Shown: piece after piece, positions 47,625-61,500 of the stretch
Numbering within the stretch: position 1 is the stretch's first letter
How the letters are laid out: every line of letters starts with the position of its first letter
Origin: a virus
IMG/VR virus record: IMGVR_UViG_3300001688_000214
DNA: 64,000 nucleotides
Direction: 5' to 3' (one strand)
Notes under the pieces: generated by a model
Seen by the model: the letters and a program-made list of their open reading frames with translations, nothing else
What the model was told of the DNA's origin: nothing
The model's database searches: none
Made by a program: the position numbers and the translations under genes

Positions 47625-49455
47625 ATTTAAGTGCTCCCAATATCTGATTAATATCAGAAAATAGACCTGTTGCCTTGTATATGTTACCCTTGTAGGTAAA
47701 CACTATTCCCTAAGTAGGAACGATAGCCTTAATTCCTCCAAGAGCATTTATTCTATTCATTAACGCTGTTGCCTTATCAATTAAAGCTAGATTATTAGAA
47801 TTTTTAATTTCTTCAGCTGTAGCTAGAAGTTCTGCACTTAATTTCTTAACAACATTTTCAGGATTGACGACCATGTACTAGCCTAAATTCTTTAATACCT
47901 AACTAGTTAACTCCATAAATAGAATCTACCAATCGTAAGCATTCTTCTTATTCACTGCCTGATGGTCATTCTTATCAAAGGCTAATATCCAATTCAAGAA
48001 TTCCTTATGAGGGCATAATCTCTTAAGAACAGCTATAGAAGCAGTTTTATCCATCTTGGACCATCTTGTTATTAATGCTTCCATTAGAGGTTTAGGAACA
48101 TCATATTTAAAACTTGAAGCCTTCATCTGTATTAAGGTTTGCCAGAAGGCGTCATTGTAATCCTGTAAGGTCGATTTACCTGAAAGTTTGAACCTTTGTT
48201 GAAGAGTATTTAACTTAGCTAAATAGTATCCCTTCCTTGCTGCAAAATTGGAAATTTTAGGTAATCTTACCACTGTAGGAGGATGAATTGCAAAGTGTTT
48301 TTGTACATTAGCATTAACTGATAAAATAATAGAATAAATAGATTTAGCCATAGATCCATCAACTTTAACCTTGTTTCCTGCCTAATCTACTTCCGTTAGA
48401 TTGTGGAACACTAGCATAGACTTATCATAAGGAATGACATTAGCTGTTGGAGAATATATAATTTCTAAAGCTAACCATCTTTTACCCTATCCAAAAATCT
48501 AATCTAATTGGCTTTTAGGCATGGCTGAAAAGGCTCTTTGAAGATCAATCATAGCAAAGGTAAATGCTTTTTGAATAGCACCTCTTCCTGCAAACATATT
48601 CTTAATACCTAAAACGTCAGGAGCAGTTTCTCCAAAGTTCTTTTGATGACCCTTATTTCTGGCTGCGACTAGCTTTCCATTCTTCCATGATACATTGATA
48701 TTTTGACCATCATACTTCATGGTTGCCTAGGATTCTACATTTATCTTGCCAGATAGTAAATTGTTTATAATTGATCTAAAGTCATTGAAGGTTAATTGTG
48801 TATCCTAGAAGATATGTGTCATATGCCCACTTGCCCCACCGCAAGTTAGAAGTACTCGATTACCTTTGGAGTCTTTAATACCTAATAATTCCTAATTTAG
48901 ATTTCCACCTAATTTATTCATAAACAGCTTAAAAACTGATTCATCATATTTGCCAAATATCAATTTAAATGCTTTCCTTTTCTACTATGAAGAAAGCATT
49001 GAAGAGGAAAATAGATTTCTTACTGTGGTGCCACTTATTTCCTGCCCTTCAAACTTATTAGACATATAAGGAACAGGGATAGTATAAGCCTACTAACTAT
49101 AGGGTTTAGGATCTTTTGGTAAAGCACCTCTAAAATATTTACCAGGACTCAATCTAGGATCCTTTTCCGTAGAAGCATACACTAATACTGTATTATCCTT
49201 GTTAAACTTTGAATATAAAGATTCAACCCTGTATGGTGTAGTACTATATAATATCTGACTGGTAGGGATTCCAAATAATCTATTCATTATAAGGACTTTT
49301 TCCTTGAAGTTAAAGGGAGACTTAGCCTAAACCTTATTAGATGTTACAATATAGACATTATTGGCTCCGAATTTGGACACCAAGTATTTGTAAACATTAT
49401 AGTGAGAAGTGTGAAAAGGTTGAAACCTTCCTGGCATGATTGCTATAACTCTCAT
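47614..49455 (-). CDS. cytidylyltransferase-like (HxxH) domain fused to ligase-like nucleotidyltransferase (DUF6267-like), 613 aa
   Basis: PGRFQPFHTSH, SGTTVR; GGASGHM.H, KYDG, PT[E]GIVF, YKATG. Confidence 0.72.
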
Positions 49456-50222
49456 TTAACCCTTCTCCTAATATGCTTTATTCTTCCTTTATTCCAACCT
49501 TGGGATAAATATTCAGGAACTAACTAAGATTGAACAAACTTCTAATTATCATTATTATTGATCCAAACACTATTTTTATGAAACTTTCTTACTTTATTTT
49601 TTCGTTCCTATGTGCACTTACGCCCCTTTAACGATTCACTAATTTTCATTCTAGTTTCAAAGGGAACTGTAGTTCCTTGCATTCTATTTCTCAAATTATT
49701 TTTAAACTAATCACTTCTTATAATTCCTTTAGAAACACCAACTAATTCTCCAGAAATCCATCTTTGATCTGTTTCTTCCACCTTAAAACAATTACCTTCT
49801 TGATCTTTTACAGTTATACCTGACGTTATACCTTTTGTAACGCCTACTACTGACCCATTTAACCAACGAGGATCGTCTTTATCAATGCTAAATATATTTC
49901 CGGATTCATCCTTAACAATAATTTTGCCCCTAACAGAATATAAATGTCCACCAATACCACCAATTGTCTAATTATATGTATTTGGTTGTAATACAAAATC
50001 CTAATTAACGATTTGCTACTCCATAGTATACGCCTAAACTTCATCTTCAAACTAATACAAGATTTCTCTGTTAAAGTTTTCTCTTCCATACTTCTTGATG
50101 GCATTTTTTAGATGTTTGCCAGAACCCATATAACCATCCTTCTATATACAGTTAGAACTATGTTTACCAACATAATACTTACCATTTAAAATATTTGTAA
50201 TTTTGTATATATAATGCTTCAT
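49452..50222 (-). mobile_element. GIY-YIG (Seg-like) homing endonuclease, 256 aa, TAG-recoded
   Basis: MKHYIYKITN...YYVGKH...GYMGSG...AIKKYG; paralog of 7565 gene. Confidence 0.85.
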
Positions 50223-50255
50223 ATTTTACTCTTGTTATTACAAAATCTTTTAATA

Positions 50256-50666
50256 TTATTGTAAATGCATATTGTTTTCATATTTTCTATTCCTAATTAA
50301 AACTATTCATATTTTAGCTAGTTCCGTCAAAACCTTGCATTAAATTTTTGCTTCTTTCTAAATTTTATCCTTAATCAAATTCATAGCCTTCATCATAGAT
50401 GATTGGGAAGTGTCATAACTATTAATGGAAAATATTGTAAACGTCCTTTTAAAGTTACACATATTAGGGTCATACTTCACCCCACCCCTATAAACTTTAG
50501 CTAAAATGTCAGCAAAATCCTTTGATCTAAAGCTCTTTATGATCTATGGGTTCTGACTGATTAGCTTAAATGTTATGTTTCCACTAGCCTTATCAGCAAA
50601 TCCTGATATCTTATAATCCTTGCCTTGTATAATCTTGTCTTCTGTTATTAAATTCATTAGTTTCAT
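50256..50666 (-). CDS. hypothetical protein (end approximate)
   Basis: MKLMNLITE; GGAGG RBS. Confidence 0.5.
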
Positions 50667-51025
50667 TTTGGTCCTCCTCCCGGCTATTCTAATCGGAAAA
50701 TGAACTAATTAGATGCAATTCGCTTTCCTCCTGCGGTCCAAGCTGCCGCTTTAACACAGTTATATGTGCCTCCCCCACCTTCGGGCGTGAACGGAGCTAT
50801 ATACACTGTACTGTAATAAGTTGGTTCCTCGATATCTATTTGATCTGCAAATTTGCCAAATCCTTGAGTATAAGTGATTATGGGAACACCAGCTCCATTA
50901 TATTGAATATATATCAAATCAGGATTACGTTTTAACCGAATATCTAGAGAACTCTCTTCAACTGATACACTATGTCCCATTTTTATTCCCGACCTAATCT
51001 TAACTCCAGTTCTAAATTTTATCAT
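50663..51025 (-). CDS. hypothetical tail-associated protein
   Basis: ORF extended through 2 TAG to coupled TGA. Confidence 0.55.
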
Positions 51026-52476
51026 TATTTAGCCCCTTGCAATATACCATTAACCAACTATTCCAAACTCTAAACTCTTGATTTAAGTAATTTGTTCTAT
51101 TCAGCTAATTCCTGTATACCCCTTGTAAGATATGCCGTTAATCTCTGATATTGCAACCCCGCTAATTTTCCATCTTTGTACCAAGCAACTTCAGGATATA
51201 TCTACTATACCTATTCTGCAATAAATCCAGCCTGTCTAAGTCTCGTATCATTTACATCCTATGGGACATCTTGATTGTATAAGAATGTAACGGGCTTTAG
51301 TTTAGATATATTCAATAATTGGGATTCAGTTATGTAATGAATTTCATGTTTATATGCTCTTAAAGAAGTTTCCTTCAAGGAAGCACACTATAAGTTACCA
51401 TTGATATCTACTTCGAAAGAAGCGTCACCATCGCTAGTTCTATTTGCGAATCCATTAAGAGCTACAATTTTCATAGAGGAACTAATCATCCCTCCCTTGT
51501 AATGAGGTCCACCATATGATCCTGAAGAAATCTGTATTCCAGTAGAATCTGAAGCTCCTAACCATAAAATACCATCAGTTATCTAAACTCCAGAACTTAC
51601 ACCGCTACCATCTAATATTAGATTACCTTTACTATCACAAATAATCGAACCTGATGTCTTTCCGTTATTAATTACACTTAATGTTCCATAGAGTGAGGTA
51701 ACATCACTTGTTGCATCACCTAATTGTGTATTTCCGTTAACAATAAGAGATCCGAATGATCCATTACCAACTATATTAAGAGTGCTTGAACCAGAGATTA
51801 TACCGTTGGATTTTAATCCGCTGACTGTTGTTGCCCCGAAGGAAGCAGTTCCATTAGCTTTTATATTCCCACCTAATGTTAAGTTAGTGGAAAACTATGG
51901 TGCACCATTGTTTGCGATTAATACACTATTAGCAGCCCCTTGAGCTGTAACTAACAACCCCGAAGTTCCATTTCCGTACAAGACACCATTTGGTGTAAAT
52001 GTAGATTTACCAGTACCACCATAAGATACTGCTAAATCGGTAGTAAGCTTAAGAGTTCCTAGTTGCGATGTTCCTGGTGAATAAAATCCAGTCGATGCGG
52101 TAATTTGAGGTGCTGACATAGTTCCGTTCGGGGTGGATACACTGATATGCCCACCGTCAACTAATATGCCTGCAGATGATGTCAATCCTGGGAATGTCGG
52201 TGAGCCAGTGGTTAATGCTGGAATTACAGCATACCCATTTGTAAGACCTAAATCCATATAGTATTTGTTTGTTGAACCACCTATATATACTATAGAACCA
52301 GTGGATCTTCTCGATGGAGCAATCGAATCTATTCCGTATTGATTCTCATCATAATTAGAAGCTGAATAATCGAAGGTTTTTAACCCTCCAACTCCGTAGT
52401 TAGAATAATGTGTTGCACTACCAAGATGACTTACAGCAGTAGGAGTGAAAGTGTTGGGTGTTAATATTAAAGCCAT
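51025..52476 (-). CDS. tail fibre with C-terminal peptidase S74-type chaperone
   Basis: V..GGTG repeats; LKPVTF, GFIAE[E]V[E][E]IYPE. Confidence 0.8.
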
Positions 52477-52488
52477 TTTTCATTCTCC

Positions 52489-54333
52489 TTATGATTTAAA
52501 TGGAACGCTTGGTAAGCTTCCAGCTTGCTAAAATCGATTTGGAGAAGACCCTCCAGAATCAGAAACACAAACATAATGCTTAAAGGTTGATGCCGCAGTA
52601 CCTTCATTATAGTTGAAATCAATATTTGCACTCTTACTAAAATACCAGGTAATATTATTCGCATCGGTTAACGATGTTACCATATTGCTCCAATACGCAG
52701 GAAATACTACATGCAGGTAATAGGGTTTTGCTGCACCAGCATCACCAGGAATCGTGACAGTTTGGGTGCCAGCCCAAGTTGTTGTGGTTGTATTACCTCC
52801 AAATCTTGTTGCAGAAGAATTCGTTGCTGTATTGTATGTTGTTAATGCGGTACTTGCATCTAACACAGATTCTGTTGAAACAATAATACCACCGTATGTT
52901 ATTCTCGAATATGCATAAATTTTCTTGGAAATCTATTCTCCAGAAAGTAAATCTTTCCCTGTTATAGTAAATGTAGCTAAGGCTTTGCTAGATGCAGGAG
53001 TTGGACCATAAGTCTTCTAAACAGTTGTTGTATAAGAAGTGCCATCTGAATATATGGTTGAATACCCTGTCATAGCTAATTTAAACTTTTTACCCTCATA
53101 CGCTGCAGGCAGAGCTGAGCTGGCATTGGGAAATGTCCAAGATATAACAGTCTGATTAGGAATTGTAATCACTTCATTAGAACCAACATACCAAGTTGAA
53201 CTATTTCCATTAACATCAATTGTTGGAGTTCCAAGTGATTGGTAAAATAAAGCTTGACTTAAAAGCTATTTTATATCCATAGATAATATAGCACTAGCTG
53301 TTAATCCTGAAGTTAATTTTCCAAATGTAGCTTGTACAGTTTGTACCCCACCATTATCAACATAAAATCCACTACCACTAAATGCTGGAGCACTAATAGT
53401 GTATTGAGATGTTATAGTGCTACTACCATCATACTATAATCCCTATATACCACCACCTGTTGGGCTGTCTCCACCTTTAGGTGTGTTATAGTCTGATATT
53501 ATGTTATCAGCATATATGGTGTGTGCCTTTAATGTGTCGACAGATATAATGGAGCTTTGCTTTATAGTATCATCATCAATGGTTTCTGAGGAAAATTTCA
53601 CATATTGATCAGGGTTATTGAATATCAACACACCCTTATCAGATATCTATGTTACGGACTTATATTTCTATACTTTAAAATCCCTAAACATAATAGCTTT
53701 GTAAGACTACGCCCACACTAGATCTGCTTTATATACTAACACTGCCCAGATTTCTTCAGCTGTTGGAGTTATCGTGGTTCTTGCAATATTAGATTGTCCT
53801 GGATATAATGGAGCTGAAATCATACTAACTACATTTGCATCAGTCAATTTAAAATTCTATGTCGATCCTGGATCAGTGTTGACTAAAGCAAGTATTAAGG
53901 ATTCATTATTTGAGCACGTATATGTGCCCGATGAGTGAGTTGTCTCATAAGGTGCACCTATAGAAGATATAGAATATGGAGTAGCTGATAATGGATATCC
54001 ACTAGCAGTTACTGGATCTTGATATAATTCTATAATCGCATTGGGGATTGCAGGTCCATTTTCTAGTTTATAATACATTGCCCCACGATTTATATCTGTT
54101 CTATTAATATCTGGAATATAATACTATATTGAAACATATACAGTTTCATCAGCTGAAGATCCAATCGATTCCGTGGTGTATGCTATAGGATACATGTATG
54201 GCACGGGTGTGCCCACTGTAGTATTATATGGATTATGATTTAATCCAGATGCTGGATATATATCAAAAGTTCCCGCACTAAATGTGCCAGAATATGGTTC
54301 TGGAGTAATATAGGGTTGCTATTTAGTCGCCAT
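52489..54333 (-). CDS. tail/baseplate-associated structural protein (TAG-recoded)
   Basis: S/T/G-rich; joins three ORF-track fragments; start uncertain. Confidence 0.6.
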
Positions 54334-54338
54334 TAATC

Positions 54339-56405
54339 TTATATCTCCGCCTGCTGCGATGGTAACACCTTATGTATACTTCCATCAGGCTTTCTTATTA
54401 AATTTAATCTCGTTTTAAATACCGCAACTTTCCAAAATTGGTTATCGGCACCACTTTTAGTGAATGTAATATTAGAATCTGCATTTGATTCTGGATGTAG
54501 GGATTTTATAGACATACTGAAGTATGGACCTTGCCAATCTGGATCATTTCCATAGGAACCAGTGTATTGCCAAAATCCTCCAGATTTAGTAAATGTGGAT
54601 TGATTTGAAGTGGTATTATATATATTAGTTATAGTTGTAAGTAATTCGTCCCACAGTTCACTACTTCTATTAGCATTACCATATCCATCTATAATATTCC
54701 AATATGATCCACTAGTTGCGAGAGAAACCTATCCACCAGAATCATTCTGTCTTGATAATCTATGTTCACTTATATTCCAGCCACCAATTTCGCCGGATGC
54801 AGCAGTAACTTTACCGCTAAAGGTTGCCCCACTAGCTTCTATAACACCATTCTACTTTAATTGGAAATTATCTGCCTTTATCTTTAATTTGGCACCGTCC
54901 CAATCTAAATAGTTATTTTGGTCACTATAGAATTTAGCTTTATATCTGCCATCGTCTTTACCCAACCATATACCATTATTGCCGTAAGTATCAGTTCCTA
55001 TTCCAATGAATGGAGTGTCTCCGGGAGTTAATTTAATTCCACTAGAACTGATGTTGTCCTCATTAATCGTCCATCCACCAATAATACCAGCGTTAGCTGA
55101 TACAATACCGGACATTGAAACACTACCAGTCTACAGTTTAAATCTAGGAGTGGATATCGTAAGTCCGCTACCATCCCATCTTATATAATTTGCATCGTCA
55201 CCTACAGAGAATTGAGATCCGACAGCATTAGTTCCTATCCAAATACCAGGCTTAGCATATTTATCAGTGCCCACCCCAATATAAGAGGTGTTAGTGTTTG
55301 CCACCAACTCCATAGATAGATTAGATAGTTTGTTCGGTTCTATTGTCCAACCAGCTATATTACCACCCTGATTTGCAACAATCCAACCTCTTAAGTAGGC
55401 ATTGTCTGCCCACATACCGTACCCAGATAGTTGTCCATCAAAAGCTGGATCATTTATGCCCTATAGATTACCTAATCTTAATTTAAGTTTAGATTGAGAG
55501 ACACTAGTGGTCGAAGGTACAGATCCAGCAGAAGCAGTGGCAGATGTCCCACCCAATGCATCAATTATAGTATTGACCCCACTAACAACATCCATGAAAG
55601 GTCCACCAGAGTCGTTAGAGGTTAAATATATTGAGCCAGATCTACCTGAGGCTGCAGATAAATTACCGACTCTTACCCACTATGAGGATAAAACGCTAAT
55701 AGTTGAGGCAAAGTCTGCAACTGTAGAGTTTGGATTACCACTGCCATAATAATAATTAGTATAATTATTACCAGTACGTGACGTTGTAAATGATACAGTG
55801 TTATAAGTTATGCCATTAGAAGATGTGCTACCAATTTTGGTGACTCCAGCTAAGAAGTCCCACTGATGAGCGATACTATTTCCATCAGGAATCCAGCGTT
55901 TACTTCTAATTATATCATTTGGGACGAATGGCATAGTGCTCCCCGTCTAAAAGTACAATGACATTGTTCCGTTATTGCCTGTTCCAACGAACGATGCACT
56001 AATTGCCTTTGCCGCATCACTTACATAAAGGGATCCATTAGTTGCTCTAATTTGATCAATAACAAACTATTTGACGTGCATGGATCCTCTGACCCATAAA
56101 TCGTCAAATTCTCCAGTCCAAAAGTATCTAGTTACACTGTCGATAGTCTTAGGGACTGCCGAAATCTTAAATCCTTCACCTTGAAATCCTGAAGAATACA
56201 ATGGGGAATTTATAGATGTGGTAATAGGTATGACTAATGAAGGGGATCCATTGGTATTGAAATAAAGCAATGGATTTGAAGAGGAATAAATGGCAAATGA
56301 TCTAGAATCCGCACCTCCTACGTAAGCATCAAATAATGATGCTGCATTGGATCCTGTACCAATCCATAAACTGCCACTAACAAAAGTTTGTTGAATTCTT
56401 GCCAT
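54339..56405 (-). CDS. tail fibre-like protein with IGGW repeats (TAG-recoded)
   Basis: repeats G.IAGWTI/IGGWTI, RLGNL[E]GI; four fragments in one frame. Confidence 0.7.
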
Positions 56406-56466
56406 ATTAGTTTATGTTCCTTAAAATGGTGTAATATTTGATTTGCATTACATAAATGTCTCCTAT

Positions 56467-56510
56467 GTTAGCTAGTAATTAATTCTTCACTGCATTAATT
56501 ACTAGCTAAC
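56467..56510. repeat. 17-bp perfect inverted repeat
   Basis: gttagctagtaattaat ... attaattactagctaac, 10-nt loop. Confidence 0.8.
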
Positions 56511-57088
56511 TTTAATTTTTGGAATAAATATTTGCATATACCCATTAAAATGATCTTAATGGATACCTTTTTAGATTTCTAAAATTCTAAAGTTTCAATT
56601 CTTTTGTTGAGTTCTTTGATTGATTCCAATAGAAATGGAATCAGCTTTATATATGAAATTTGTTTGTATCCAGTTGAGCTGTTTAATGACACCATCTAAG
56701 GAATAACCTTCTAAACCTATTGGGCAATCATACCGTAGTCAAGCTTGTCATCCCTTTTCCAACTGAACTGGACTCCATTAATTTGTTTGATAATCTACAA
56801 TGGATTAGAAATGAGTATTATATTAGATTTTAACTATCTATCGGAATCTTCATAGAGTGCACCAGAAATGTGTAAATCCCCATTTATATTGGTTAATCCA
56901 CCAATTGTGCAATAGTTTCCAATTAAATCCCAATCTATACCACTTTTAGTGACAGTATTGCCGTTAGAACAGAGAACATTATAATCTTCAGTTGGAAAGT
57001 TAACTTCTACATCAGTTATATCCATTAACTTGTAGGTTTGATTGTTCTTCTGCTTTATCTTGCTGATTATTTCAATATATTGTGCCAT
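56495..57088 (-). CDS. peptidase S74-type chaperone domain protein
   Basis: SDR[E]LKSNI, GMIAQ[E]V[E]KVIP[E]MV, LLESIKEL. Confidence 0.78.
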
Positions 57089-57106
57089 AATTCTATTACT
57101 CCAATA

Positions 57107-58195
57107 TCATGTAAACAAGGTCTTTATCTTAAAGTGTACTTCCACTTGTTCTGAAGGTTCTAAGGGTACTGCTGAGGCTAGTAAATAACGAAAGGGCATA
57201 ATACAATAAGTGGTGCTGTAACCTACATAAATCCCTAACTAAGACACGGAAATAGTATTAGCGGTATTATTAATGAAAACATTTGTAAAGTCCATATAGG
57301 TTTCACTTCCAGAAGTTACAACCTATGGAATAGATGTATTAGCAGATCTTAATGCTGTTCCAGTTATCTTATAATTTGTGGATGATAATGCTTCGACAGC
57401 TGTTCCTATATGCAATCCTAAACTAATATTATCACTAATGTCGCGAAACACAAGGCTATTATAGTTGTAATAAAATTCTAACCCATAATCCCTTACTCTG
57501 CAACTATAGTTCGTCGAACCATTCACTGTCTTCCCAGCTGTTGCAGCACCAGTAAGAGCGGTACTTAAAGCTGTATAGAACCCCTTTGGCATGGTTGGAG
57601 CAATGTTTATTTGTATTGAAAATCTCTTTGTTTGATTAACGTCTAAGGTTATAGGGGGATCATATATATCATGGCTAAACAATGCGTAGGAGTCCTCACC
57701 ATGATAATGCGTAAATCCTATTTCTGTAATACTTAAAGGTGCTGCGGAGATATTTTTGTAGGCTTTGGAAATGACTATAATCCCACCAAGAGTTGGATCA
57801 TGAGAAGTCGCAACAGAATAACCAGGTAGACTGACATATTCTATAGAATTAGAACTTAACGGAGCACCTAACGCTACCATATTAGGAGTTCTAGTTGGAT
57901 TCCCTGTACCTAGAATGATCCCATGATAAGGATTTGTCATATTAGTTTCCTAATAAAATAATCTATCATAAGTTGCATCAATTGGTACATATTCTGATAC
58001 CGTATTAAGAACCTTTCTAGTTGTTTGAGTTGTAGAAGTTGCCGAAGAAAACATCATCTTCCTTAAGTTTTCTAAAAAGTTGCTAGTAAATGAATGCATA
58101 GGTCTTGTTATGGTATTCGTACCATCCAAATTGCTAACTATTAAATTGGCACTAAATTGATCCCCGAAGGATATCTAGGCATCTATTCTTTTCAT
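57107..58195 (-). CDS. tail/baseplate structural protein (TAG-recoded)
   Basis: GIILGTG, ITEIG motifs; extends 57323 ORF. Confidence 0.6.
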
Positions 58196-58208
58196 ATTTA
58201 TTCCTTAA

Positions 58209-58518
58209 TTACACTACTGTTGGTGTTAATATTGTTATAGTAGCAATAGCATTACTCTAATATTGCAATGGGTCTTGAGTGTCTATAGTATTACTCAATA
58301 CTTGCTGAGAATATTGCAATGGGTCTTGAGTATCTATAGTATTACTCAATACTTTCTGTGAGATGTTAATAAACTACTATTCGTTAGAAGACAAAAATAA
58401 CTTCCACTAATCATTGACTTTTACATAAGCCTTTGTAACTATGTTAAATACAGAATTTTTAACTTCCATATCTGTAATATTTTTCCAAGAACCATTAACT
58501 TTAGTATATATAGGCATT
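58209..58518 (-). CDS. small tail-associated protein with tandem repeat (ends approximate)
   Basis: KVNGSWK; VLSNTIDTQDPLQY twice. Confidence 0.45.
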
Positions 58519-58521
58519 TCG

Positions 58522-61500
58522 TTATTCCTAATAAACCAGCCAAATGTCCCCATTAGAACCGCTATTAGGATCTGGCTAACTTAATGATATGAAATACTAT
58601 CTTAATTGATTGTATTGAGCAAGGGAAATATGATACTACCCTGCTCCTAATAATCCGTTTAACTCGGAGTGACTATAATTAGATAAGGTGGAATACATAC
58701 CGCTATTAATGTGGTATCTCTAATCTATTGAACCGCCCTGCAATCCCTATAATTGATTATGTTCTGGGGTATCTCCTCCACTGACAATTAATGATGAATA
58801 TGTAATGCTGTTTACACACTAAATTGGATCCTTTATTGCAAGATTAGTGTATCCTAGATTGTTGTGAACGCTTCTATAGAATATGTAATTCTAAGTATAA
58901 TTAGACGTATTGGTGTAAGACACTATAGAAGAACTTTCAAACCCTCCAGCGATATCATTAATGACAAATAAAGGCTATCTAGTATTCATGTGGTTTGGAA
59001 ATCCCATATAAATGTATTTACTATCAGTTATAGTGTCAGTATAACAAGTTTTGTAATCCCCTGCTAGATATTTATTCTACAATGAGGAAAATAATGGGGA
59101 TAAATCCTAGACGTAAGTGGATTTTCCAAGAAATACATTATTTCTAAAATAGATATAGGCTGTTGCACTCTTTGTATCTAATCCTGATCCCCCAAACATG
59201 TATTCTAATACAACCTTTAATGAACCAGTTAAATCGTCCTAGAACTATATGCAACTTTCAGTTGGATTCAATATACTCTATGTTGCTAAATGCCAGTCTG
59301 TCTAAGAAGGATATGGAGAGGAATAAATGTAGCAATGTATTGCCGTTGGATAAGTTCTAGGTGAATACACCCAGCTAACTGTAACATTAGCACTTTGAGT
59401 TGAACCTATTTCAAACTATTGGATTGATTGGCTAAATATTAAATCCAATACTGAACCCACACTACCACTACCTCCGCCACCATGATCGAATAGATAATCT
59501 AAAGCTAATCCAACATTATTGAGTACACTATGATCGTAAGGCAGGTTTCCTGCTGTTAAATAAACATCACCAGTCATATCGTTGACAGAAGTTACCGAAC
59601 CCCCTACGGTTGTTTGTCCGAGGTAGGAAACATTGTAACCCTTCATCTACTATAACAGAACTTGCGCATTTAGATTGACATTATATTCATAATGGAAGAA
59701 CTATTCTGGAGAATACCTTCCCAATGGATCTTTGGGTTTAAAAACTAAATTCGTTGATTCTCCAGAAAATCCTAAAGCAGGAAGATCTAAAGAAACAGTT
59801 ACTGGGAAAGTTGAATAATATGGTAATTCAACATTTGATAATAATTGATAATTATTTTCATTCTTTATGGTGTCATTGTAAAAAACCTACAAACTATTGA
59901 AGTACCCTGAGTAAATTTCGACATCATCAATAGTCAAATATAATGGCAACAAGGAATCAACTGATACAAAGGTAGGCTAACTTAATGAGTTCTTGTAAGT
60001 ATAATGTATCTACACTTCCATGCTATTCGTATTAATGGATGACGTAATATACTTCCTTAAGGCTTGTAGATCATAAGTTCCCCAATTTAGACCTAAGGCT
60101 ATAGGAACATAAATTTTAGAATAGTCTTCATCAAAGAATTGTATCTATTTAGTTCCAAATACCTTTTGATAAGGACTAGTAAATAGACAATCAACCATGT
60201 CATAGTATTGTATTTCCTTTAATCCTAATGACCTTTGATAGAGCCCATTAAAATGAACGTATTCTACTTTACCGTAGTTTATATTGAAATATCCCGTTAA
60301 CTCACATTTCCCCTAAGCATGAGAAACAGTAATAGGTGTCAATGACTTCAATTTTAATTGTGACTTACCACTTAAAGCTAATATATTGAAATGATTAGGT
60401 GTCGTGTATCCATTAGGAACTGAAATCTATAAAGTACTTATAGTATTAACCTTTAAGTCAAAGAAGGAAGACTCCAAGAGTAATTTAGAATATTGAATGC
60501 TAGGATAATAGTTATAAACGTAGTATTCTTCATCGACTAATGAGGAAGAGTATACTGAACCGCTTAGCCACTAAACCTGCAAGTTAGCATTGTATCCGTC
60601 ACCTTCAAATAGATAATCTGATTGCATCTAAATGAGAGATTCACTATCGTAGGTGCTAATTGTATGATTCCCTATGAATAGTTTAGAACCGCTAGTTCTA
60701 GTGTAGAATGTGCCTGTTCCTCTTAAAGAACCACTAAAATAAGAACTTCCTAATGAATCATCTTGCATTCTATTAAACAAATTATTAGAAAACAACTATC
60801 CCTAGATGTAATCAAAAGTTGTTAAGTCCTTCGAAGATTTATGTCCGATATAAGCGTTTTCCAAATAGCAATTAGTTAATACGGTGTTTCCCGTTGCTAA
60901 AATGTCAACATACTAAGCACTATGAGTTATTATTTGATTATGCACCAGCTAACCGCTTTTTATACCAGACAAGGTAAAGGTGCCAGGATTCTTTATTTGC
61001 AAGTCTTTATAAGAACCAGAAATATCATAACTTCCCGTGACTACTATCATATTCTAGGCAAACGCTCCGCCAGAAATATTAATAGACCCCGAAAGATAGT
61101 GTGTTACCAAGCTAATATTGTATGCTTTCTAAATTTTGGAAACATACTATATTTGTTTAATTCTAGAATTCTACTACTTTAGCTACAATTGCTCTATGTC
61201 TAAGAAATCAGGATTGTTCAAATAAATGTAGTACTTACCAAATTTTGTCCTTTTAGAAGCAAATGAATCATTGTAAATTTGTAAATAACTGATTTCTGTA
61301 CCATTCAATAGCTGGATTTGATTATTTGGTATTGCACCTAATTTTAACTAACCTGCAGAGATATCAATTTCTCCATAATCCAAAACTAAAGGCTAACCCC
61401 CTTTGGAACTAAGATCTCCATAATAATCACCTAAAGTGGGTAAGATTTCGTTAGTAACGGATCCACTGAATATCTTAGTAAAGGAATCTCCAACATCACT

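Noticed and set aside
58260..58354. CRISPR-like repeat
   Set aside because: Two in-frame coding copies with 51-bp period, no spacers or cas genes; likewise the repeat near 31641-31689.
27263..61182. Short + strand ORFs in the track (e.g. 27950, 32761, 54610, 60922)
   Set aside because: Antisense shadows of recoded - strand genes; same for - strand ORFs over early genes.
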